Below, one piece after another: positions 26,066-33,278 of a stretch of DNA of 33,350 nt. Source of the DNA: a virus; IMG/VR virus record IMGVR_UViG_3300045988_175829, positions 1 through 33,350 of that record. One strand, 5' to 3'. The notes under the pieces were generated by a model. That model made no database searches. It saw only the letters and a list, made by a program, of their open reading frames with translations, and was not told the origin of the DNA. The number at the start of each line of letters is the position of its first letter. Positions within the stretch are counted from its first letter, which is position 1. The translations under genes were made by a program, and so were the position numbers.

Positions 26066-26920
26066 ATGGCTAATACACCAGCTAAATTCTTGAAGGACGT
26101 CGCGGGCCAGGTCTACGCAGTCGTGGTGGACGGCGTGGTCTACGGCATCGCGGGAGCCGACGGCCAGGCCGAAGCGGAGCGCAAGGCCGCTGAATCAGAG
26201 CGCGTGGCTGCGGAGGAAGCGAGGGCCGCTGGGGAATCGGCCCGCGTGAGCGCCGAGGCCGAGCGCGCCACCGCCGAGACGCAGCGCGCGACCGACCAGG
26301 CGAAGAACAACGCCGACCAGGCTCTCAACAACGAGGCGATCAAGAAACTAAGTCCGGTAATCCTGAACGCGGGCCAGTACGACGCGGCAACCTATAGGCC
26401 GACCATCACGGGCGAACCGAACCGAACGTACTTCGTGCCGATGAAGTCCGCAGACGATAACAAGTACGTCGAGTGGATGTGGGTCGGTTCTGCATGGGAG
26501 AAAATGGGCATCACGACTGCCGAGTTCTCCAACATCACCACGGACCAGATCGATAACATCATGGGCGGCGCGAGCGAGCATGGCGATTCCGTCCTCTCGC
26601 TCACGGGCCTCACGTACCTCTTGAAGAAGCTCGGGGCGGGTCTCAAGGCGTCTTTCGCAGTCATCGGCCACAAGCACGACGCGTCCGACATTACGAGCGG
26701 GGTGCTGTCAATCTCCAACGGCGGCACGGGTGCCGCGACGGCTGCGGGCGCGCGCAATGCGCTCGGTCTCGGAGACACGACAGGCGCGCTGCCAGTCGCC
26801 AACGGCGGCACCGGGGCGGCCACGGCGGCGGAAGCGCTCGCCGCGCTCGGCGTGACCGTCGGCGAGGCCGACGCGCCGGAGACGGGCGCTCCCGGCTCGG
26901 TCTACATCAAGATGCTCTAG
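26066..26920 (+). CDS. Tail fibre protein.
   Basis: ATG at 26066 with RBS TAGGAGGTCATGC. An Ala/Glu-rich coiled coil is followed by the duplicated motif SNGGTGAATAAGARNALGLG / ANGGTGAATAAEALAALG, which is typical of phage tail-fibre C-termini. Confidence 0.65.
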   Translation: MANTPAKFLKDVAGQVYAVVVDGVVYGIAGADGQAEAERKAAESERVAAEEARAAGESARVSAEAERATAETQRATDQAKNNADQALNNEAIKKLSPVILNAGQYDAATYRPTITGEPNRTYFVPMKSADDNKYVEWMWVGSAWEKMGITTAEFSNITTDQIDNIMGGASEHGDSVLSLTGLTYLLKKLGAGLKASFAVIGHKHDASDITSGVLSISNGGTGAATAAGARNALGLGDTTGALPVANGGTGAATAAEALAALGVTVGEADAPETGAPGSVYIKML

Positions 26921-26930
26921 GGGGTGCGCC

Positions 26931-27764
26931 ATGGCTCATTGGGAAGGCGGGGTGTGCCAGCGCACGGGAAGAACCGTGTGCAGCCTGGATGCCACCGTGA
27001 CGAACGTCAACGACATGCAGGCCACGGTGAGCCTCACCGGCTACTCGTGGTCGGACATCGTGGACATGTGGGGATTCGACCTGTGGGTCGGCAACGGCAC
27101 CGTGCTCGGAGCAGGCGGCATCAACGGCGAGAGCAAGACGCATCCCAGATGGTCGACGACGACCAAAGTCCCGAGCGGGGGCCTCAGGCGCACCGTGACC
27201 GTGCCGCGCGCCTGGGGGGAGGACACGACGCTCGCCGTGTGGTGCCGGTACAGCGACTCCAACCCGGTGAAGTATTACGGCAGGCTCGACGCCTCCGTGA
27301 CGATCCCGCGCATGACCTCCCCGGTCCATTCAGTGAGCGCCGTGGCGGACAAGGACGCAGTTTTGTTTGAAGAGCCCGTGTCGCTGACGGTCACGGACTC
27401 GCTTGGTGCCAGCATGGCGCAGATGGACCACTTCGAGGTCTGGTGCGGCGGGAGGCTCGCCGCGAAAGGCGCGACCGACCACACGAGCAACCGCAGCGAG
27501 ACCTTCTCGATCGTCCCGAGCGACTACGCTCCGGTCGGCGGCGACCTGGACATCACCGTCAAGAGCGTGCACGAGTGGTGGGGGACCTACCCGGAGGCGT
27601 GCGCGACCGTGACGGTGAAGGTCCTCGGCGGCGTGGTCACCGTCTACGACTCCACCGGAACAAAGCGAACGGGCCTCGTCACGGCCTACGACTCCACCGG
27701 GACGGCGCGCCCCGTCGCGCTGACCGCCTACGACGCATCCGGCAACGCGCGCGCGGTGCGCTGA
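26931..27764 (+). CDS. Putative receptor-binding / tail-tip protein with C-terminal tandem peptide repeats.
   Basis: 277 aa. The C-terminus reads VTVYDSTGTKRTGLVTAYDSTGTARPVALTAYDASGNARAV, and the corresponding DNA tandem repeats are at about 27640-27760. Confidence 0.45.
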   Translation: MAHWEGGVCQRTGRTVCSLDATVTNVNDMQATVSLTGYSWSDIVDMWGFDLWVGNGTVLGAGGINGESKTHPRWSTTTKVPSGGLRRTVTVPRAWGEDTTLAVWCRYSDSNPVKYYGRLDASVTIPRMTSPVHSVSAVADKDAVLFEEPVSLTVTDSLGASMAQMDHFEVWCGGRLAAKGATDHTSNRSETFSIVPSDYAPVGGDLDITVKSVHEWWGTYPEACATVTVKVLGGVVTVYDSTGTKRTGLVTAYDSTGTARPVALTAYDASGNARAVR

Positions 27765-27781
27765 CCGGGAGGAGGTGATAC

Positions 27782-28225
27782 ATGGACGAACTCATGAAGG
27801 CGCTGGCGCAGTCCATCGCCCACGCTGGCCCCGAGTGGGCGGCGCTCATCATCGTGGCGGTGCTCGTGGTCACGCAGGTCGTGCCCGCCCTCAAGGAGTA
27901 CAAGGCCTCGCGCCTCGAACTTGAGCGCGAGCGGCAGGCGGCGCAGGTGGAGCTTGAGCGCTCCCGCGAGCAGCGCAAGACCGATGACGCCAAGCGGCTC
28001 GACCAGCGCGACCAGGAGCGCAGCCGGGCCGAGGGCCGCTGGCTCGAACTGGCCGACCGCCAGCAGAAGCTGCAGGAGCAGACGAACCTCGTCATCGAGG
28101 GCATGAGGGCGCAGATGGAGGTCAACAACGCGCTTTTGGCCGAGAGCAAGGACCGCAGCCGACACATGGCGCGGCAGGTGGACGAGATGCACGGCATCAT
28201 CGCCCACCGGGAGGAAACCGATTAA
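27782..28225 (+). CDS. Membrane-anchored coiled-coil protein at the start of the lysis cassette.
   Basis: An N-terminal TM helix (WAALIIVAVLVVTQVVPAL) is followed by a charged coiled coil. Confidence 0.45.
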   Translation: MDELMKALAQSIAHAGPEWAALIIVAVLVVTQVVPALKEYKASRLELERERQAAQVELERSREQRKTDDAKRLDQRDQERSRAEGRWLELADRQQKLQEQTNLVIEGMRAQMEVNNALLAESKDRSRHMARQVDEMHGIIAHREETD

Positions 28226-28235
28226 GGAGAGACAC

Positions 28236-28445
28236 ATGAAGCAGTACAAGATTCCCGATGCGGCCTACAAGGCGCTCAAGTGGGCGGGTCTTATCGCATG
28301 CCCTGCCATCGCCACGTTCGTCGGCGTTGTCGGCCCCGTGTGGGGCATGCCCAACGTCGATGCGATCGTCACGACCATCAACGCTGCCGGGGTGTGCATC
28401 GGCGCGCTCATCGGGTACAGCGCTGCAACAGCCAAGGAGGTCTAG
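28236..28445 (+). CDS. Holin (two-TM small membrane protein).
   Basis: 69 aa with two hydrophobic helices, immediately upstream of the endolysin gene. RBS AAGGAGAGACACATG. Confidence 0.6.
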   Translation: MKQYKIPDAAYKALKWAGLIACPAIATFVGVVGPVWGMPNVDAIVTTINAAGVCIGALIGYSAATAKEV

Positions 28446-28447
28446 GC

Positions 28448-28582
28448 ATGGCAGAGGAGACGCAGGAGCTGACGCAAGAGCAGTACGAAGCGCTCAAGCG
28501 CGCGCTCAGCTGGAACGGCGGCCAGGGTTACGACGGGGACGGCCCTGACGATGATTTCGAACCCGTGGAGGTGGATTACTGA
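28448..28582 (+). CDS. Small acidic hypothetical protein, 45 aa.
   Basis: ATG at 28448 with RBS AAGGAGGTCTAGGC. It lies between the holin and endolysin genes. Confidence 0.35.
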   Translation: MAEETQELTQEQYEALKRALSWNGGQGYDGDGPDDDFEPVEVDY

Positions 28583-29451
28583 TGGCGACGGCAAAACAGG
28601 TCCTCGCCCGCGAGGCCGCCGAGATCGGCTACAGCCGCTGGGACGATCCCGAGCAGGGCACGAAGTACGGTCGATGGTTCGCAGAGCTTGTCGGTTCCCC
28701 GTGGTTCGGCGCGAACGGCGTTGCCTTCTGCGCGATGGGCCAGTCCTATTGCTTCCATGCCGTAGGCCAGAAGGCCCCGGGTCTCCCCACGGCTGGCTGC
28801 GGAGACGTGCGCCGCGCCGCGCTGTCGGCGAAGCGCGTTGTCAACAAGGCTGCGGCGAAGCCCGGTGACCTCGTACTGTTCCGCTGGGACAAGCGCACGG
28901 ATGACCTCTCGTACTCCGACCACATCGGCATCGTGGAGGTCAATTTCGGCAAGTCCTACCAGACCATCGAGTTCAACACCAACGGGGGCCGCGTCGCGCG
29001 CCGCGTGCGCAGCCTCGACGTGGTTCAGCTCGTGGTGCGCCCCGAGTACGACGGAGACACCGGCTCCGGCTCCGATTCGCTGCCAGTCAAGCTCCAAGTG
29101 GACGGCATCTGGGGCCGCGCGACCACGCTGCGCATCCAGGAAGTGCTGGGCGCACCGTACAGGGACGGCGAGATCAGCCGCCAGAACTCCGCCTGGAAGT
29201 CCATCAGCCGTGGCTGCGGCACCGGCTGGGAGTGGGTCGCGGGCGGCGAGGAACCCGGCTCGCAGACCATCAAGCTCATGCAGCAGCGCATCGGTGCCAC
29301 GCCCGATGGTTTCGTAGGACCGAACACATGGAACCGCTTGATTCGCTACTACCAGGCAGCGAGCGGCGCGACCGAGCTGGACGGCCGCATCGACTGCCCG
29401 TCCATCACCGTGAAGGCGATGCAGCGCGCGCTCAATGAAGGACGCTTCTAA
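28582..29451 (+). CDS. Endolysin: an N-terminal CHAP peptidase domain plus C-terminal peptidoglycan-binding repeats.
   Basis: 289 aa. The CHAP Cys and His residues are present (FCAMGQSYCF ... SDHIGIV), and the C-terminal repeats are PG_binding-like (GIWGRATTLRIQEVLG, GFVGPNTWNRLIRY). Confidence 0.8.
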   Translation: MATAKQVLAREAAEIGYSRWDDPEQGTKYGRWFAELVGSPWFGANGVAFCAMGQSYCFHAVGQKAPGLPTAGCGDVRRAALSAKRVVNKAAAKPGDLVLFRWDKRTDDLSYSDHIGIVEVNFGKSYQTIEFNTNGGRVARRVRSLDVVQLVVRPEYDGDTGSGSDSLPVKLQVDGIWGRATTLRIQEVLGAPYRDGEISRQNSAWKSISRGCGTGWEWVAGGEEPGSQTIKLMQQRIGATPDGFVGPNTWNRLIRYYQAASGATELDGRIDCPSITVKAMQRALNEGRF

Positions 29452-29454
29452 CAG

Positions 29455-29492
29455 AAACCCCTCCCCGCTACGGCGGGGAGGGGTTTCTTCTG
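29455..29492 (+). terminator. Terminator after the lysis cassette.
   Basis: Long hairpin AAACCCCTCCCCG-CTAC-GGCGGGGAGGGGTTT followed by a T-rich tract. Confidence 0.7.
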
Positions 29493-29537
29493 GACCTATC
29501 TTGTACCTAAGTTGCTGAAGTTCTCCCCCACCTGGCG

Positions 29538-29577
29538 ATTGCCAAATAATTGCCATTCTTGCCAAAAATTGCCAAAA
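29538..29577. repeat. Four direct TTGCCA repeats at about 10-bp spacing. These are a candidate attP arm-type integrase binding site array.
   Basis: The copies are ATTGCCAAAT, ATTGCCATTC, CTTGCCAAAA and ATTGCCAAAA. The array lies between the lysis genes and int in an AT-rich stretch. Confidence 0.5.
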
Positions 29578-29611
29578 ATACAGGGCGTTTCAGGGCATCC
29601 CAGTAAAAAGA

Positions 29612-29650
29612 AAACGTCCCCTGAGCTGCGATAACTCAGGGGACGCATCA
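29612..29650 (-). terminator. Rho-independent terminator downstream of the truncated int gene on the minus strand.
   Basis: Hairpin CCCCTGAG-N9-CTCAGGGG. On the minus strand it is followed by TTTTCTTTTT. Confidence 0.65.
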
Positions 29651-29652
29651 TT

Positions 29653-30369
29653 TCAACTGGCGGAGAGCTGGGGGTAGGTCCCGCGCACCGTGAGCTCGCG
29701 CCGCGCGAGGTCGACGTCCTCCCAGCGCAGGGCGAGCACCTCGCCCTTGCGCAGCCCCTCGCACAGCCCGATCACGCAGATGCGCTCGACGCACGAGCCC
29801 GGCTGCGTCTCGCGCAGGAGGCCCAGCAGGCGCATATGCTCGGCGAAGGTGGTGAGCCACACGACGCCGCGCTCGGGGTCGGCCGCGCCGTCGCCGGGAT
29901 AGGTGTAGCGAAACGACGCGGGGTTCACGGGAATCATGCCCATCTCGACGGCGCACCCCAGCACCGAGGACAGCGTCTCGCGGGCGTTGGTCGCCGTCTT
30001 TCGCGTGGGGCACCCCGATATCATGCGCTGTATGTTCAGCTTGTTTATCTGCTCGAGCTCCATGTTGCCCAGCGCGGGCAGGATGCGCCTCCTGAGGTCG
30101 CGCTCGTAGCCCTGCCTCGTGTTCGCGCGCAGCCCCGCCTTCTGCGGCCAGTACACCTCGTCGACGAACTCCGCCAGCGTGATGCGCGCCGTGACGCGCC
30201 CGCGCAGGCGCTCCTTCTCCATGAGCAGGCGGGTCTCCGCCTTGCGGGCCTGCCCCTTGGTCGGGTACGTCTCCACGCGCCTGTCGCGCGAGCCGTCCCA
30301 CTTGACGCCGACCGTGACGTCGGCCGCCCACTTGCCGCTCTTCAGCTTCCGGACCGCCATGATGTACAA
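29653..30369 (-). pseudogene. int: Tyrosine integrase truncated after 238 aa. The arm-binding (AP2-like) and core-binding domains are present, but the catalytic domain stops just after the first conserved Arg.
   Basis: The sequence runs through the N-terminal arm-type DNA-binding region and the core-binding SAM-like domain. It ends ...GLRKGEVLALRWEDVDLARRELTVRGTYPQLSAS-stop, lacking the HxxR, second Arg, His/Trp and Tyr nucleophile. A stop is followed directly by a terminator. Confidence 0.7.
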
Positions 30370-30456
30370 TCACCTTGCCTTCCGTGTATTCGGTTGGTAC
30401 TTGCATGGCCTCGCGCAGGGTTGCAGCCCGTATGCGCGGGGCCTATTTTCGTCTGC

Positions 30457-31299
30457 CTAGGCCCTCTCGACCCAATCGGGCACCTTGACGCCCGGTCCGG
30501 CGATGAGCAGCTCCCTCCCCACCTTCGCGGACGCCGCGCTGTAGCCCACGTCGATGAGGTACCTGTCGAAGTCCCCGTAGATCTCGGATATGAGCGGCAC
30601 GTTGTCGTAGGTGACCATCCAGGGGAACCCGCAGCCGGCTATCTTCCCGGCGACCTCCCTGTGGTCGTCCTCGGTGTACGAGTTCTCGTACAGGCCCGGC
30701 CCCTTCACGACGTACGGCGGGTCGAAGTTGGCGAACAGCCCGTCCTCTCGCGCGAGGACGGACGAGATGAACTCGCAGGCGTCCATGTTGTACAGGTCGA
30801 TATCCGCCGAGCGGGCGGCGATCGCGCGCACCTTGTCGCAGAGCGGCCCCTTGTTGAAGCGCTCCGAGATGCCGAACTTGCCCTTCTGGGACATGCCTCC
30901 GATCGGGCCGCCGTGCAGTATGCCCGACCTGTTCGCCCTGTTCAGGTAGAAGGCCGCCTTGCCGAGCTCGAGCGATGGGGCGCTGGAGGACAGGTAGACC
31001 TCGCGCTGGGCCTTCCACTCGGGGATGCCCAGCTCCGCGCCCTCGATGAACGCGCACAGCTCGTCCGGGTGGTTCACTATCGCGTCCCACATGCTGTACA
31101 CGGCAGGGTCGATGTCGTTCAGGATCACCCTGGAGACGCGCCCGCGCAGCAGCAGCTTCATGGCCAGGCCCGCCCCGCCGCAGTACGCCTCTGCGTAGGT
31201 GCAGCCCCCGAGGCCGCTCTCGGCGATGATGGAGTCCACCAGCGGGTATATCTTCGATTTGCCGCCGGGGTACCTGATCGGCGTGTATGTCGTCGGCAT
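30457..31299 (-). CDS. Dam-family (D12 class) N6-adenine DNA methyltransferase.
   Basis: 280 aa. N-terminal SAM motif IRYPGGKSK and catalytic motif FDPPY are present. RBS GAGGAGGTG. Confidence 0.85.
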   Translation of the reverse strand: MPTTYTPIRYPGGKSKIYPLVDSIIAESGLGGCTYAEAYCGGAGLAMKLLLRGRVSRVILNDIDPAVYSMWDAIVNHPDELCAFIEGAELGIPEWKAQREVYLSSSAPSLELGKAAFYLNRANRSGILHGGPIGGMSQKGKFGISERFNKGPLCDKVRAIAARSADIDLYNMDACEFISSVLAREDGLFANFDPPYVVKGPGLYENSYTEDDHREVAGKIAGCGFPWMVTYDNVPLISEIYGDFDRYLIDVGYSAASAKVGRELLIAGPGVKVPDWVERA

Positions 31300-31332
31300 C
31301 GGCGCACCTCCTCTCGCTGTGCAGCTCCTAGG

Positions 31333-32979
31333 TTACTCGCTGTCGGCCCTCTTGGCCATAGGCAAGATCTGAGCGCCGACGCGCTTCGCCACGGTGTTGT
31401 ACGCCCTCATGAAATCCCCGACGAAGGCATCCGCTTCCGAACGGTTGTCGTTCACCCAGTGCTCGACAACTCTGGCCCGCTCGAAGGTGCGCTCATAGCG
31501 TCTAAACCAGTGCTTGTACATATTGCGCTTGGTCTCACCCGGATACATGTCTTCGGGGGCGCTCTCGACCAGATTCTCCCAAGACACCCCAACCGCACCG
31601 AGGTCCTCCCACAGGGGACTTCCATCGGTTGGCCTCTTGGACAAGTAATCCCATAAGAGGCTCTCTGGTCGCTTCTCGCCAGGGAGAAACACTATGTTTC
31701 CTCCGCTTTCTCTTACCGCCGGGGGAATTTTGCCATCTATTTCTTCGACCGTGACGTCACCGTCGAAGACAACGACCTTCTCCCTGAAATACGAAAAGTC
31801 ACCCGCATAGAGACTCGCAATCTGCTTGCACCCAAGGGAAACGTCGAGAAAGTCCGAGTTGTCAACCACCTCAGGACGCAACACGTCGAGCAGCTCCCTT
31901 AGGAGCCAGCGGGCTTCGGCATCCTCGGTGAACACTCCGATACGCCTAGTACTGAGAGCGGGATTGGAGACATAGAGTCCGTTCTCGAGATTTGACCACG
32001 ACGAGTTTCTCATCGACCTAAGCTTGCCGTTGACGCACGACAGGTACGCGACCTCGACGCCTCCGGGCGAGGAGGTGGGATTGTACTGGTTCTTTTCGCT
32101 CAACTCCCTGAGGATCACCGTGCTGTGGGTGGTGAACACGACCTGGAACCCGCACGCTTTCGATTCATCCAGGAGGAGTTTGAGGAGCCTCTGCTGCGCC
32201 GCCGGATGGAGCGACGCGTCGACCTCGTCGATGAGGAGAAGGCCGCCGTCCCAGTCGCCGCCCATCTCGTCCCTCAGCTTCTTGAAGGAGAGGACCGCGA
32301 GGAGAATCTGACCCAAGTTGTCCTGACCGGACGAGTTCGCCATCGGCCCATAGGTGTCAGTCTCGACCCCGGTGCCGCTCTTCAATGAAATCCCCGTGAT
32401 TGACAGGCTGCTCAGGGACCTGATCGGTTCATGGATGCTCAGGATTCTCGAATAGTTCTCGTTGAACCACTCCTCGTCCGCAGCGTCTCCCCACCGACGG
32501 TTCTTCGCCGTGACCGTGATGGAGCCGTTGCCCGGCTCGCGGTCCGGGTCGACCAGCACGTGGCTGCCCTCGGGTATGACGCGGTCCATGCAGTCGCCCT
32601 CGACCTCGAGCGCGAAGGCGCGCGGATGCGAGGCGAGCACCGAGGCCGGCACCTCGACGCGGTGGGAGACCTCCTCCTCGTCGGTCAGCGCGCCGGCGTG
32701 CACGCGCCCGATCGCGAGCAGCGGCACGGTCGCGGAGGACGCGGTCACGGGCATGGCTCCGGAGGGGACGGAAGAGCCCTCGGGTTCATCGTCGATAATC
32801 TCGCCCTTGTTTATTCCAAAGTAGTCGGCAATTGCCTGAACGGCACCCATTCGAGGAACCGCTCGATCATTCTCCCGTTGAGAAACAGCCATCGAAGAAA
32901 CGTCGGCAATCTTGCCAAACTCGTCTTGGGTAAGACCGTGGGCATTTCTGATTCGCCTGATATTCGAACCTATACTCAT
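31333..32979 (-). CDS. CI/LexA-like repressor (XRE HTH plus S24 autopeptidase domain) fused in frame to an OLD-family ATPase C-terminal half and a Toprim nuclease domain.
   Basis: The ATG at 32979 is preferred over the GTG at 32988 because of RBS GAGAGGTG. N-terminal HTH: IRRIRNAHGLTQDEFGKIADVSSMAVSQRE. Linker: VPLLAIGRVHAG-ALTD, LexA-like with Ala-Gly. S24 core: EVEGDCM ... VLVDPDREPGNGSITVTAKN. ABC signature SSGQDNLGQILLAVL, Walker B LLLIDEVDASLHP and H-loop VVFTTHS follow, with no Walker A anywhere. The Toprim-like E in GVFTEDAEA and DxD in VVVFDGD follow those. Confidence 0.75.
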   Translation of the reverse strand: MSIGSNIRRIRNAHGLTQDEFGKIADVSSMAVSQRENDRAVPRMGAVQAIADYFGINKGEIIDDEPEGSSVPSGAMPVTASSATVPLLAIGRVHAGALTDEEEVSHRVEVPASVLASHPRAFALEVEGDCMDRVIPEGSHVLVDPDREPGNGSITVTAKNRRWGDAADEEWFNENYSRILSIHEPIRSLSSLSITGISLKSGTGVETDTYGPMANSSGQDNLGQILLAVLSFKKLRDEMGGDWDGGLLLIDEVDASLHPAAQQRLLKLLLDESKACGFQVVFTTHSTVILRELSEKNQYNPTSSPGGVEVAYLSCVNGKLRSMRNSSWSNLENGLYVSNPALSTRRIGVFTEDAEARWLLRELLDVLRPEVVDNSDFLDVSLGCKQIASLYAGDFSYFREKVVVFDGDVTVEEIDGKIPPAVRESGGNIVFLPGEKRPESLLWDYLSKRPTDGSPLWEDLGAVGVSWENLVESAPEDMYPGETKRNMYKHWFRRYERTFERARVVEHWVNDNRSEADAFVGDFMRAYNTVAKRVGAQILPMAKRADSE

Positions 32980-33083
32980 GGCTTGCACCTCTCGAACGCT
33001 AAATTCTTTTTACATTATAAGAAAAAGGTTCTTTACATTCACTGTATGTTCACCTATAGTCTTAATCATCGAAAGGAGGTCAG
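32980..33083. promoter_or_regulatory. AT-rich divergent switch region between the repressor-fusion gene and the cro-like gene. It holds the two TTTACATT operator-like repeats and the cro-side -35/-10 hexamers.
   Basis: TTTACATT lies at about 33009-33016 and 33032-33039. TTTACA, 17 bp, TATAGT (33032-33060) precedes the cro RBS GAAAGGAGG. The region is about 30% GC, against about 65% for the genome. Confidence 0.55.
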
Positions 33084-33278
33084 ATGGAACTCATCGAAGC
33101 TCGCAAAAAGGAGCGATACACGCAGCAGCAAGTGGCTGATTATCTAGGTATATCCCGCATTACATATGCAAAGATGGAAAAGAACCCTGGCGACATCACC
33201 CTTGACAATGCGCGTAAGCTCGCCACTCTTTTCAAGGTTGATGTGCGCGATATTTTTTTCCCTACAAGCGATAGTTAA
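33084..33278 (+). CDS. cro: Cro-like XRE-family HTH regulator.
   Basis: 64 aa with YTQQQVADYLGISRITYAKMEKN as the HTH. It is divergent from the repressor gene and has a strong RBS. Confidence 0.75.
   Translation: MELIEARKKERYTQQQVADYLGISRITYAKMEKNPGDITLDNARKLATLFKVDVRDIFFPTSDS

Noticed and set aside
25102-26067. 321-aa minus-strand ORF antisense to the Tal-like and small tail genes.
   Set aside because: It is antisense to the co-linear structural operon and shows Arg/Gly/His-rich artefact composition.
28576-29565. 329-aa minus-strand ORF antisense to the endolysin gene.
   Set aside because: The endolysin on the + strand has clear CHAP and PG-binding motifs. The antisense frame is an artefact.
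30370-30456. Possible terminator or promoter hairpins in the int-MTase intergenic region.
   Set aside because: The GC hairpin (GGCCTCGCGCAGGG...CGCGGGGCC) has no adjacent U-tract on the minus strand. Without supporting data it is too ambiguous to call.
29836-31656. 606-aa + strand ORF spanning the int and MTase genes and the end of the repressor gene.
   Set aside because: The minus-strand genes in this interval have clear domain motifs (integrase N-terminus, DPPY MTase). The + frame is stop-free only because of GC content.
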